A program made the position numbers and the translations under genes. Of a stretch of DNA of 64,000 bases, positions 1 through 11,595 are shown one piece after another. Origin of the DNA: Lingula anatina (lineage: Eukaryota > Animalia > Brachiopoda); NCBI GenBank assembly GCA_051362555.1, contig CM120648.1, positions 8,056,587 to 8,120,586 of the forward strand, written 5' to 3'. The number at the start of each line of letters is the position of its first letter. The stretch's first letter is position 1. The notes under the pieces were generated by a model. It made no database searches. It was not told where the DNA came from and saw nothing but the letters and a program-made list of their open reading frames with translations.

Positions 1-97
1 CCTACCCACCCACCCCAACCACTCACTCACTCACCCAACCACTTTTCTCACTCACTGAGTTATAAATAATCTTTTATTGTTATCTGTTTTCCCTTAC

Positions 98-221
98 CAG
101 TCCTGTGTCAGAGTCATCATGATCATGAATAAACTGCTGTTCCACAATTCCTTCATCTATAATGCTGTTGAAACTACTGGTAGAGTTGGAGGGAGATATC
201 TGCATTTTGCTTTGACTTTGT
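98..221 (-). CDS. RAP1GAP: Rap1GAP exon, Ser-rich C-terminal tail (QSQSKMQISPSNSTSSFNS...DDSDTGL); gene continues left of the window
   Basis: CAG acceptor at 222-224 and GTAAG donor at 97-93. Phase 2->0 matches the upstream exon. DSDTGL resembles the Rap1GAP tail motif. Confidence 0.85.
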
Positions 222-469
222 CTGTAACACAAGGAAATTATTTTATTAATCAAATTCGTTTTAACTAATTATACCAACTCATAATTTATTCTTTAGTTCT
301 CATAAGAAGATGATATAATGCTATATGACTTGCCCCCTTCTTAAATAAACTTTATTTAAAAAAAGGGCTCACTATCAGCTCTGTTAGAGAAGCTATGAGG
401 AAAGGGGACTACAGGTCCAAATTGACTGATTGTAACTGTTTATAAAAAATCTGAACAAATGTAACTCAC

Positions 470-586
470 CTTGATTTTCCACTACTTCCTTGACTAGAGG
501 CTGGGCTGGAGGGGGGACTGCAGGTCTTAAACGACTGATTGATACTGCTTGCACTTGGACTGTCTGATAAACGACATTGGCAGCTG
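470..586 (-). CDS. RAP1GAP: Rap1GAP exon (SCQCRLSDSPSASSINQSFKTCSPPSSPASSQGSSGKSR)
   Basis: TAGCAG tandem acceptor at 589-584 and GTGAG donor. 117 nt, phase 2->2, open in the frame set by flanking exons. Confidence 0.8.
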
Positions 587-739
587 CTACAAACAAATAT
601 TTCAAAAGGTGAATACTTTTTTTCCTTTTCACATTTTCATAATTTTTGTACAGTGCTGAGCCTTATTTTGCTCAAGTAAAGAAATTCAGTATCTGAATTC
701 TGCCTTGTATCTATGTCAGATATCGAGGAGAATGCTTAC

Positions 740-825
740 CTTTTATCTGAACTGCTATCTTTTTCTTTCCTGTCAAAGGCTGCACTAGAGAAGCGACGTG
801 CCAAACTCTTCATTGCTTTCTTGCC
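740..825 (-). CDS. RAP1GAP: Rap1GAP exon (GKKAMKSLARRFSSAAFDRKEKDSSSDK)
   Basis: TAG acceptor and GTAAG donor. 86 nt, phase 0->2, frame-consistent. Carries an RRFS basophilic kinase motif. Confidence 0.82.
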
Positions 826-1067
826 CTAGATAGAATAATAATTGGTTAAAATATTTCATTTGAGAATTTTGATATCTTGGAAACTGAATTTAGAGAAAAA
901 AGCATATGATTAAGCTTACTAGTATCTTTTGTACATTAATAGGCTAACATGATGTTTGTCCTGTTACAGTTTATTTGACTTGAACAATGTAAACAGTGTC
1001 AAACAGATTGACAGATAAAATGTAGAAAGTAAACAAAATAACATTATAAAAATAAAACAGGACTTAC

Positions 1068-1316
1068 TGCAGATGGGGACTTGTTTGTCTCTCCCACTGT
1101 TGCTAGAGGAGAGGGTGGGGCAAGTACTGATTTTCTTGACGCTTGCAAGGAACTAGTATCTATCGTCTGCGTACGCACTCGCCCAGTCAGTTTTTTAAAT
1201 GTTTCCACCAATCGGCTGCTTTCTGTCTTTCCATTGATTGGGTACGATAACAGTGACGTGTTCTTTCTCAGCAAGTCTTGATACAGCGTTTCTAGCAAGG
1301 CTGCCCGAGTTCGATC
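1068..1316 (-). CDS. RAP1GAP: Rap1GAP exon, end of catalytic domain (DRTRAALLETLYQDLL...KSPSA)
   Basis: RTRAALLETLY matches Rap1GAP. CAG/GTAAG sites, 249 nt, phase 0->0. Confidence 0.93.
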
Positions 1317-1643
1317 CTGAAAGTTGAATGTTACATTTTTTAAAAATTCGTTTTAAGATTAATCGTTATCAATATGAATGTACAATAATAAACTATTTGC
1401 AAATAAGTTTAGGATTAATTTTTACATACATAGAAAACATAACTCATAAAGAGATTAATTATAACCTATTTGAAAATATAATTCTTTTGAAGACAAAAAG
1501 AATTAATCTGTTCATACACTCATCACTAATAAAAGTCAACATCTCTTCCTATAATGAGTACTGTTATTTCTTTCAAGTCTTTACTTATGTGAAATCTTTC
1601 AAACAAATATACTGGCAAACTTGGCTTTTAGATTCAAACTTAC

Positions 1644-1730
1644 ATTCAGTTTGGCAAAAGTCTGGGCCTTATAACATGAATTTTCTGCATTTATCAGTTT
1701 GGTCAGCAGAAATTCTCTGAATTCTGGTCC
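1644..1730 (-). CDS. RAP1GAP: Rap1GAP exon ([29 protein letters not shown])
   Basis: [10 protein letters not shown] family motif. CAG/GTAAG sites, 87 nt. Absent from the ORF track. Confidence 0.95.
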
Positions 1731-1863
1731 CTGAAATTATTCAAATAACAACAATAAATAAATGTGGAAATTATTTCTGACATTAATGGAAATAACTTCA
1801 TAACCTCATAATTGATTATGAATATCAGATTAAGGAACTTGTGATATTTTGAAGGCATATGAT

Positions 1864-1898
<35 letters not shown>

Positions 1899-1901
1899 TA
1901 C

Positions 1902-1973
1902 CTTTACAATCACAGCAGGTGAAGGTAGCGTTGGTCCAAAAAATGGGACATCATCTCTTGCTGTTACAGACAC
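1902..1973 (-). CDS. RAP1GAP: Rap1GAP exon ([24 protein letters not shown])
   Basis: [14 protein letters not shown] family motif. CAG/GTATG sites, 72 nt. Confidence 0.95.
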
Positions 1974-2489
1974 CTGGAAGCAACAATCAAATGCAAGTCA
2001 AAACAATGTGATATCAGATATATAGTCTGCAATATTAGAATACATGCACTAAACCTTACAATTAAATATATATCAGGAACATTTACTTTTTCTTTGTCTG
2101 GTCCATCCCCTTTTACTTAATCTAATGCATGTTTTACAGACTTGTTTTAAAAATCTGCCTTTGAGTGAGTGTTTCTAAAAGTAGAACACAATGAGAAATA
2201 TGTGTAACTCTGATATTGAAACCTCACATTAGCAACTGACCAACGTTGCAATATCAACCTCTCTCTAGGTAATGACCTGAATGGACCAGTCACCTGATTT
2301 ACTGGCATACAGATGTCTCAATAATTATTCAACATTTTGCCATCCTCTCCCTCACTTTACTTAAGAAAATGCACACTTTTTTAACGGGGGCATATACATT
2401 TTTTTTTTTCAGTACAAACTGAAACTTCCTCACAGACATATGAATCATTTTAATATAATGTAACCATGATACCTGCAGATAAAACTTAC

Positions 2490-2645
2490 CTTGTAAGCTA
2501 CATTTTCAGTATTGGCATTGATTGGCTGTACAACTATGAAGGTGTGCAGGAAGTGGGAAGCTATCATATCAGGCACAAAAGGCGTGTTCTCATCTTGAAA
2601 CACTATGGACACTATGTCGTTGCCTATGTGCCTCTTCCTCTGCAA
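2490..2645 (-). CDS. RAP1GAP: Rap1GAP catalytic exon ([34 protein letters not shown]...AYK)
   Basis: KRHIGND contains the catalytic Asn-thumb of Rap/Ran-GAP domains. CAG/GTAAG sites, 156 nt. Confidence 0.97.
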
Positions 2646-2928
2646 CTGAAATGTGGAAAAAAGAGAACATGCTGAATAGATGTGGCACTGGGTCGTATTT
2701 GTGTCAGCCTCGCACAGCTGATTTTAGGTGACTGATGGATTTGTGGTTTTCTGTTCAACAGTCTCTAGCTGCATGGTACAGAAGTGAAACAGGTGTAAGT
2801 AAATATATATAAATCATAAGATAACAGTGACATTGGTTTAGATGTGACAATGAACTTAAGTATCAGGATAACAACGACAATTGCATAGCTAACAGAAGCA
2901 GTTGACTTTGTGCACCAATTTTTCATAC

Positions 2929-3058
2929 CTGCTGTGGATCCATATCAGTGTAGGGTAACAATGTTGACACATGGAACATAATTTCTCTGTCTCTGAATTT
3001 TGTGTAAACAGATTCTTCTCCAGTCTGACCATGATTTGTATCCAAACCACCACGAAAA
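2929..3058 (-). CDS. RAP1GAP: Rap1GAP exon ([18 protein letters not shown]...[19 protein letters not shown])
   Basis: FRGGLD and [11 protein letters not shown] motifs. TAG/GTATG sites, 130 nt, phase 2->0. Confidence 0.97.
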
Positions 3059-3274
3059 CTAAAATCAAATACATACATATTTATACATATGTTATTGGTA
3101 CCTATATTGTATACACTTAGGTTTTGACAATAACTTGACATGAAAATATTGTATACTGCATTTAGTATGACTTACACAAGAACAATGCCATTGTGTTAAA
3201 TGTGACAAAAGACAGTATCATAAATTAGGTATCAATCAATGCCGAAAATTTCCTTCAACGCACAATGTGCCTAC

Positions 3275-3375
3275 CCTTTGAAATCTTTTAGCTGTATTCT
3301 CTGTCCCATGACGTTCAGGAACTCCTCCATAGCAGCACTATGCGTCCTGTTTCCAAATACTTCCTCTTCCTTTGT
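3275..3375 (-). CDS. RAP1GAP: Rap1GAP exon (TKEEEVFGNRTHSAAMEEFLNVMGQRIQLKDFKG)
   Basis: EEE.F.N...S....EFL..G...L.DF.G motif. CAG/GTAGG sites, 101 nt, phase 0->2. Confidence 0.95.
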
Positions 3376-3819
3376 CTGAAAAGTTAACACGTAACATATT
3401 GTTAAATCTAAAAGGAAACAGGTGTATACACTTGCTACGTCATGATCTCACCTTCAAGTTGATAACGTGCCTAGCTGATCATGTAATTCCGATATGACAA
3501 TGTGCACAATTTGCACTTACCTTGTTGCAATATCTGGTTAAAAAGTTTTTAATTTGTTGCCAAGCTTAAAATCCACGTCAGAACATTAGAATTTCCCAGA
3601 AATTTGCAAATTGAAAAATTTCTCATCAATTTGAAAGTCAGTGCAATGTTTTCATATTTTGTTACCAAAACAATGTATAATTGAATATTTACAACAATAA
3701 TTTTAAACTTTTTGAAACTTGATCAATATCTATCCTACAATAAGGCACACAGCAAATGTTTAACATAAATTTAACAGTTATCAAGAGCAAAAAATAGATA
3801 AAGAAATGTAAAATCTTAC

Positions 3820-3903
3820 CTGCCCAAATCTTTGGTATATGACCCCAAACTTAAAAGTATTTGTCAGAATGTGTTCATCGTAGTTGACAATCATCTCTGA
3901 TCC
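3820..3903 (-). CDS. RAP1GAP: Rap1GAP exon ([28 protein letters not shown])
   Basis: DEH...FKFGVIYQ motif. Uses the rarer AAG acceptor and a GTAAG donor, 84 nt. Confidence 0.93.
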
Positions 3904-4343
3904 CTTCAAATTGAAAAATAATTATCAATTTAAACATCCCAACATACTGTGATTACTATTGATAATCATCCATAATCAAGAATAACTTCTGACAGAACTG
4001 TCATCCACTCCAACATAAAAAATTGTAAATGTATAAGTATTTAATTTAGTATAATATTTTATTAATTTTGTTCTGGCTGCCTGCCTTGATACAAAGAGGA
4101 CTGGTTAAGGAATAAATTTGTTAAATAATTGGCTGAACTGCTTTTGGACAACAATTCACCAAAGACTTATTCTTAATCAAATATATGTATTGTAATATTT
4201 ATATATTCAAATGAATGGCTTTCAACAAATAAAGTATGGTGACCTATTTAAAAACTCAATAAGACCCATATTCAAAATGCGATAGTTGACTTATGATAGT
4301 TAAATAACAACTTTCTTTCTACAGTAAAATGTATAATACCAAC

Positions 4344-4580
4344 CTTCGGAAACAATACAGGGTGAAAATGCTCAGTTGTGATATCATCGCATATCATTTT
4401 AGCCATTCGCGCAGGACTTGGAAGTGGTTCCAAGTTGCACACTGGGACAATCTCGTGCTGCGTGCCTCTGTGTGTTCTAAGGATAATACGAACATGTTCC
4501 TGGGAGGACACGTTTTCTGTCTTCACTGACATTATTATGGGGCCCAAGTTATCATCCATGGCATAAAAATTGAAATGTTC
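4344..4580 (-). CDS. RAP1GAP: Rap1GAP exon, dimerisation region (EHFNFYAMDDNLGPIIMSVK...FHPVLFPK)
   Basis: EHFN.Y..D..LG and PVL.PK motifs. TAG/GTTGGT sites, 237 nt. Confidence 0.95.
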
Positions 4581-4872
4581 CTAGAATGGGAAAATATAGA
4601 ACAATTTGTCACATTCTCCCTTTTGAGATAATTTTTCAAGATAAATGAAGAATGAGTGAATCACTGATATAGACTTGTTGTTCCAAAGGACTTTTTTCTA
4701 TGATGAAAATTCATAGCATTAACAATCTAAAATCTCTTCTGATAAATCCAAAGCACAAGAATAAAAATCACCATGATACAAAAGAAAGGAGTCAAAATGC
4801 CATGTACTGTTAAGTTTGTTATTTAACAATTTTGTATCAATACATAAAAAAATCTGTACATATAACACCCAC

Positions 4873-5061
4873 CTTCCCTAAGAAATGTCTCCTATAATTT
4901 AACACTGTTTCATCATCTTCAACCTTATAAGGCCCAACAGGTGTCGCCATAGTAGGGTTTCCCTCATTATCCAGAGGGCAGGAGTGGTCAGTCCCATCTA
5001 CCCAGTAACCACCTGCTGTAGGCACAGATATCATGGGGTAGGGGCCAGGGCCCTTTAAGAT
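4873..5061 (-). CDS. RAP1GAP: Rap1GAP exon (ILKGPGPYPMISVPTAGGYWVDG...YRRHFLGK)
   Basis: GP.P.I..P..GGYW..G and YR.HFLGK motifs. TAG/GTGGGT sites, 189 nt. Confidence 0.95.
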
Positions 5062-5094
5062 CTAAAATCAAAATTGAAAATATTATCATTATGA

Positions 5095-5140
<46 letters not shown>

Positions 5141-5277
5141 TATGATTCATCTGGTTATTCATATAAGTGGTTATGACATCTATCTCTTTCTACTGTATGT
5201 TTAAATCTGTACAAATACATCTTAAGTGATGGAATTGGATTAGTACCAACTATGACCAATGGTGATAAAATATGCTT

Positions 5278-5757
5278 GTTGCCATGGTAACTAACTTACC
5301 ATCTCTACTGTGCTCTCTGCTCTATGCTTTCTCTCTTGGCAACTAACCTATAAATATAAAATAAATATACCTATGCCTATAAAAATAAATAAAAAATGTT
5401 ATTTTGTCATGGTAACTAAACTCCTATATCACGCTCTTTTGCCTGTATAGGATAAATGAATAATTAACACGCTTCTACTTTTGCAAAGCTGTTGATAATA
5501 CAGTGAAATTGAAAGGAAAGGTATATTTATGTGTTGTCTTAGTAACTAACTAAAGTTATTTTATGGACCTAAAGTTGTCTAAACTGATGTTTTTCTAAAT
5601 GATTTTCATAATGCATATTCAGATCTTATGAAGATGAGTACAAATATATCTTCAGTAGTATTATGGGAGCAGTAAAACACATTAAACATATATCTTAAAT
5701 ATAAAACATGTTAAGTGACAAATAGAGACTTATTTTGTGATCAGTTGTCATAGCAAC
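5278..5757. promoter_or_regulatory. Cluster of four RFX X-box-like palindromes
   Basis: GTTGCCATGGTAAC 5278-5291, TTTGTCATGGTAAC 5403-5416, GTTGTCTTAGTAAC 5533-5546, GTTGTCATAGCAAC 5744-5757. Consensus is GTHNYY-AT-RRNAAC. Confidence 0.5.
5300..5347 (-). CDS. RAP1GAP: Rap1GAP linker exon (VSCQERKHRAESTVEM), ending in an ATG codon
   Basis: T-rich tract with TAG acceptor and GTAAGT donor. 48 nt, phase 0->0, open frame. Confidence 0.7.
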
Positions 5758-6339
5758 GAATTAACACAGTCCAAGGCTCATATATGGCCTTGTTCAGTTC
5801 ATACAGAGAACTACTGCAGACTTCTTCTTAAGGAAATGTCTAGAATTACTGAAGCTGTGGGAGATATGATGACACCCATGCACCATATAACACAACACAC
5901 AGTGGTCGCATTCACAGCAAGAATAAGTTAAAATTAATAAAAGATAAGTCATAATCTCACATTGGCAGATGAGAAAATTACTTCTGTGATATAGATATTG
6001 GAATATTCAGGCAATTGCTGCATCTAAGAAATCCGGCATCCTTTCTCAAAAGAACTTAACTAAATTAAAAAAATTTAAAAAAATTAGACCAAAACAAATT
6101 AGAAAATATAAGTTGTGAATGTGACCATCCAACAGTTTCTACCTCCAGAGCATCAAGTGTATTAGCAACATCAGTGCCTTTACCACTTCCACAAATCTTA
6201 CACCTACACCTTAATGATTTCAGCCACAGAATCACATCATATATAATAACATATATAATAAAAGGAAAAACAAATGAATGAACAAACTGCTTATAGTCCT
6301 TGGTGTTTGCACACATAATATAACACCACTCGTGAACGA

Positions 6340-6383
<44 letters not shown>

Positions 6384-6955
6384 TGAGAGCATGCATGAAC
6401 AGAAAGAGACACACTTTCACATATATCTATAAATACTTGCACATAGTCACACTATTTAGTTTTGATCTTACAGTGGCAAAAAAAAAATATGCAAATGAAA
6501 AATTGCTTATTTGGCACTTATATCAGCATAGGCACTCTAAACTATCAGTATCCCACAGTCACAACAATTAAAGGACATAGAGAACCACATGTATATAGCA
6601 ATAGAGACATATAAATTTGTCGAGATGGAGGAATGTCATCCTTATCTGATACTTGCTGCAAAGTGATAACATATAACATATGTAAAGTACTCAACAAAAT
6701 AAAATCTATCCAGGTGTTCTTTAACTTAGAAACCTTAAAATCAAGGAACTTTTTTATAAATGATTTTTAACTAAACATATTATTATACCAGGTCAATGTT
6801 TGTAAATCAATAATTTGTAACCTTATGGTTTATTAACTGTGAATGTTTCACAAAAAAGCCAAATCATGCCATTATAATAGTTTTTTTTTTTTGTTGAGTA
6901 AAGAACAGTAGTGCAGACGATGATAGCAGTACAAGATATATGGGCTATGCCTAAC

Positions 6956-7036
6956 CTTCCCACAAGGCAGTTCACAACGCTGCTCTTCCATTCTTTGAGA
7001 TTGCAATCTCAGCAAAATTTCAACAAAATCATATCG
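6956..7036 (-). CDS. RAP1GAP: Rap1GAP GoLoco exon B (RYDFVEILLRLQSQRMEEQRCELPCGK)
   Basis: GoLoco/GPR consensus with the (D/E)QR triad. TTTCTTCCAG acceptor and AAG/GTTAGG donor, 81 nt, phase 0->0. Confidence 0.85.
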
Positions 7037-7389
7037 CTGGAAGAAATGATATAGAATAGTACTATTTATCTTTATTATTATTAATTACAGATCACTAACT
7101 CTCACTGTCTTAATTTTTGCTCCTCTTGACCATCAGGGAATTAGAAATGGGTACCTTTAAAGCTTGTTTAGGTTGATCAAAAATAGTACACTTTGCATCT
7201 CATTTGGCCTTTTTCTTCTTTTAGAGTGATTAGTACATCTTGCATGTGCACCTAAACAATCCTTTAACCTGGTTAACTGGTAGGTCAAAGGTCAGTGGGT
7301 GACAATCAAAACTTGGTAACCTTAGAAAACAATGCAGATAACCCTTTCTAAAACTGTAGTCAGCTTTATGTTTCAAAGTTTTGCTTTTC

Positions 7390-7812
7390 GTAAGGTTCCA
7401 AAAACTAAGGATCACTTGGCCTTAAATCGATCCCTATTCCTAAAGGTTTGCTATTCCCAAGAAAAAAAGGTTTGTTATTGGGAAGGTTTTCTATTCTCAA
7501 GGTTTGATATTCCAAAAAAGTTTATTCATGCTGTAATATCAATTCACAAATTGCATTAGTTGCATAATCAGAGCGAGCACCGACCTCTTTGCCAAAGAAG
7601 CCATTTTGCTATGTGTACACTCATTTTTGAGGTTTTTACTATCTTTGCACCAATATCTGTACTCTTTGGATCTTCCTACTTATGAACCTTCAGAATACCA
7701 ACTTTTCAGAAGAGCAGACCTTTGGAATAGGGAACCTTTGGGATAGCTAATCTTCTCAATACCACACCGTTGGGATATCGAACCTTCAGGATATGTAGCA
7801 TATATATACCCT
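7390..7812. mobile_element. Decayed non-autonomous element with inverted arrays of a ~16-bp AAGGTTCGCTATTCCG-like subrepeat (related array 24686-24803)
   Basis: aaggtt..tatt(cc) units at 7390-7515 and their reverse complements at 7684-7795. Confidence 0.55.
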
Positions 7813-8129
7813 AACAACTCTTTCAGTAACCTGGTGAGAATCTGACATATTCTAACTCCAATGACACTCAATTCGCTTCTTTAGTGGATGATTATTAGAT
7901 TCACATAAAATGCAGTTTCATTTGAATGGTGAAAGCTAACAAGCTAAGTATAATTAGCAAAGATTACACAGAATGTTTGTTCCTGTGAAAATACCACGAA
8001 AAAAGGAAAGTGCAAATTGCTCTTTCTTGTGGCAAGCTGGTTCAGTTACCTAGATTCACTACTTATGAAAGCAAGGCCTTTAACTGAATTATTACATAAT
8101 CCTTATTATTACCAATCAGTAGGTCTTAC

Positions 8130-8213
8130 CTGCACATTAAGCGGCATCTCACATCGCTGATCGTCAAAACGCTGACTCTGCATTCGCTCCAAGAGATCAA
8201 AGAAATCATTGGT
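8130..8213 (-). CDS. RAP1GAP: Rap1GAP GoLoco exon A (TNDFFDLLERMQSQRFDDQRCEMPLNVQ)
   Basis: Near-perfect GoLoco consensus. Polypyrimidine tract with TAG acceptor and CAG/GTAAG donor, 84 nt, phase 0->0. Confidence 0.93.
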
Positions 8214-8434
8214 CTAAAAAAGAAAAAGAATTTGAGTCAATTTTCTAATAACAATATGGTGTAATTATATGAATACCCCCAAAATTATGTGTTTTTTGGT
8301 AAAAAGCTTAAATATATTGAAATCATTGGTCTAAAAAAGAAAAAGAAATTGAGTCAATTTTCTAAAAACAATATGGTGTAATTATATGAATACCCCCAAA
8401 ATTATGTCTGTTTTTTGGTAAAAAGCTTAAATAT
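8202..8434. repeat. 117-bp-period tandem duplication covering the GoLoco A splice acceptor
   Basis: Copies 8202-8315 and 8319-8434 are nearly identical. Confidence 0.92.
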
Positions 8435-8676
8435 TCACACAAATTTACAGTGTTATGGTGGTTCACAAAACACCTAATTGATATCTTTACTTCAACAGTG
8501 ATGAGGATTTACTTTTTTAGAGCCACTGCACAGAAAATTTCACCGAGTTACGAGGAGCATCAATGAAAATATTTGAAGACTCTATATTAATAACTGATAT
8601 TTCCCACAATAAGCAATCACCTCTTTGAAGGCTTCAGAAATTAACAGTGAAGTGTAAATAAAAAAATACAACTTAC

Positions 8677-8764
8677 AGCTTTCCTGTCAACTTCAAGGTC
8701 CGCAAGCATCCTGGACGCCGGAACATGTTTCTCACAATAGACGTTCCCGTCCATTCCCTGGCGC
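8677..8764 (-). CDS. RAP1GAP: Rap1GAP common second exon (RQGMDGNVYCEKHVPASRMLADLEVDRKA); end of a LIM-like zinc finger
   Basis: TTTTTTTCTCCAG acceptor and GTAAGT donor. 88 nt, phase 2->0, joins GoLoco A in frame. DG..YC..H is a LIM C-terminal signature. Confidence 0.8.
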
Positions 8765-9800
8765 CTGGAGAAAAAAATGGTGTTGCTAATAAACAAATAA
8801 GGCAACCTCAAATGTCTTATAGCTCTGTAATTCCATGTCTGTGGAAGCAGAAGATGCATTTAAAATTTTGTCTTATTGTGAAGTAGCACTATAATACAAT
8901 CTCTGCCAAAAAAAAAAAAAAGCAAAAATAAGTAAAATTACTCTCAAAAGCCCAAATAAAAATCTAAAAAAAGCTTTAAAAAAGCAATAAAATGGCACAT
9001 GTAATAACAACCTTTGGTTGGCAGTCGATCTTTTCAATGTCAGTGGCAAACAGGTAAGCAAAAGGCGAGGCATAATGCAATTTTAAATATTAAACTGATC
9101 TTTACATAAAACTAACAGCCCTCGATTCTGATCCCACCAATACTAATCGCTCTTACTGAATGCTGATCTTTTATTTCAACGTCATTGCAGGTTAACTGAC
9201 TTTCAATCGATGAATGTCAATCATAAGAAACTCTAAGCCAATCAGTGCAAAGTGTCTTAATTGCATGTCACCAAAGGCAGTACTCATTGGGCAGATTTCT
9301 TCAGAAGTCAAATTTAACCAATCTTACATGTGTTAATCTGCCTCTACGTAAAAGAAAAATGCTTCAGAAAATAGCAACAAGCTGACAGAATAACTTCCCT
9401 TCCTCTATCTACATGCACAGGGAACTGTCAGTACTCACTTTTTCAGCAAAATCTACAGAGTATGAATAAAACAATCTAGCTGTCTTGCTGAATATCACCA
9501 GAAACAAATGCACAAACAACTCTCTTAACCTAACTCGTATATTGGCATGTTATCTAGAAACCTGGGCCTTTCTCACAGTGGAGGACATGTTCAAATGATA
9601 AAAATTCTTATTACTGGAAAGGGGGGGGGGGGAGCACCAGGTGTCCATTCTGTTAAGGGGGGTAAGGAAGTTGAGAAAGGGCTTATAATATGAAGTTGAC
9701 TGGTTAATTAGTACTTTGGCAGCTACTTTTTTGTACACGTGCTAACCTCTTAAATCTGCCTTAACTAAATTCTAAATAACATTTATAAGTGCAAATTTAC

Positions 9801-9874
9801 CTTGATTTCTTAGCAATCTCTTCCAACAGCGAAGCTTTCTCAAGCTTAAGTTTCATCATAGCTGTTCTCCCCAT
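9801..9874 (-). CDS. RAP1GAP: Candidate alternative first coding exon (MGRTAMMKLKLEKASLLEEIAKKSR)
   Basis: ATG preceded by an in-frame stop, 24 codons + 2 nt, AAG/GTAAAT donor. Phase 2 fits the 8764 acceptor. Confidence 0.6.
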
Positions 9875-11389
9875 CTCCAATGCTCACATCCAAGATTACG
9901 ATTTCCAGTCTCTACTTTTACTCCAAAATAATTAGTAATTACACTAAGTCTATTAATCCTTCTGTCAAGGGCCAATCAAATCATAATGGAAAAAACAGTG
10001 TGTCCTAGATTGTCACGATAGAACAGCTCCTGTTTATCAGGCAGGAAGAATAAGATACAGCTTCGAGTCCTCTGATAACAAGCTGTCATCTAATTCTAAA
10101 ATTTCAACTGTACAGTTTACATTGGCTTGGGTTTGTTTCACTTTCCTTTCCTCTACTGTATCACTTTCAGCAAGGCTCTTATCTTCATGAACATTTTTCT
10201 ACACTGATTCTAGGTCCAATGAAACTGTTCATTCTCACATGATAATTCCTTTCCATGCTGAACAGTTGTTGCTGTGTAATACGTTAAATCAGTCTAAAAT
10301 TCAGCTAACATCCCACATACATTAACTCGGATCCTGGTTTCCAAAAAGCTTGTGCAATGGTTAACACACAGGAAATGTGTGTGCTGCTTTTTCTTTATGA
10401 CAGCTACACCTATATGTACCTATGCCAGGATGTGTGTGTGTAGTGAGTTTCATAATACACATCCTTCATTATAGCTCACAGTAACCATCTCATCATGCCA
10501 TTAATTGATATCCTAGTTCAGCTGTCACTGTCATTAATTGTAATAATGGAAGGTGAGGAAAAATTGGGAGTTAATTTGTCATAACCTCCGGGATGATGGG
10601 ATGACTAAAGTTTCTTCCTTTCTTCTTAAGGAGGTCGCCAGAGGTATTATCATCCACTGATATGATCAAAGCAAATTACTCTCCCAGGTCTATTTCAGTT
10701 CTGTGCCATTACAAGGTAAACATAGTCCATATCCACACATGTCGTAAACCTCAATAATCCATCTGATCCTACCATATAAAAACACTGTCAAAATCAGTCC
10801 ACAGATTTAAAATACAACCATGCTGACTTTTGTCCCCGAAGAACGGTCACCGTTGGCATCCACAAAAATAAAAAACGATGACACAATAAATATAAGTACA
10901 CCTAATAAATATATAGTGCACCAAATAAACTGTCAATTCTCGTGTCCGGGTTCATAAAAAAATATGCAAGAGTGACACCTCAACAGTATATATACTTGTA
11001 TATATGCCTGAATCACCCTTTGCAAGTGTCCTCCTTCCTATGTTAGTTATTTTATACAGTGAGTCATTAAAAACCAACCAGGCTTACAACTACCACACAC
11101 TGAATTTCACTCAAGTTGACATATAAATGGTCATCTTTTTTTTTTTTTTTTTTTGCTGTTGATTTATTGACTAAAGATTCATCAACAACTGCTCAAGTGA
11201 TTTAATTAACTTGGTTATATTGTTTAGTCAATTTCAAAAATTCTTTTTTTCTTTCATTTCAATCAACATTGCTTCAGATCCGTCGAGAAAAAAGACAGAA
11301 ATTTACACAAAATAAAAATTCCCCTCAAAACAATAAAAAAATGGGCCCGAAAAGCATTTAAAATCAGTAGCTATCTTCCAAATCTATGT

Positions 11390-11595
11390 CACGGGACAGC
11401 ACACAGAAAGGTGGTACTGTCCACAAGGAAGGACACAAATAGGCCTGACATAACCACAAAAATTGTGTCCTGTTAAAAATGCCCCTTAAAGTGTCCAAAA
11501 AAGGGACACATTTGTCCGGTACAAATACTGACCATAAGTAACAAGAAGTACTCGACTGACACATTTAGATACGGTATTGTGTGTGCCAGTCTGTG
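11390..11595. mobile_element. Non-autonomous CMC/EnSpm-like element
   Basis: CAC...GTG imperfect TIRs, GT on both flanks (possible 2-bp TSD), internal GGACA/TGTCC repeats in both orientations. Confidence 0.45.

Noticed and set aside
1328-1720. 130-aa plus-strand ORF
   Set aside because: AT-rich intron sequence antisense to a real Rap1GAP exon, with no protein-like motifs.
6143-6196. Possible 54-nt phase 0 cassette exon (ICGSGKGTDVANTLDALE) between GoLoco B and the linker
   Set aside because: No polypyrimidine tract, an AAG acceptor and a weak GTAGAA donor. Cannot be supported without reads.
10586-10653. Another ATG...phase-2 frame (MIIPLATSLRRKEETLVIPSSR)
   Set aside because: The weak GTTATG donor makes chance plausible.
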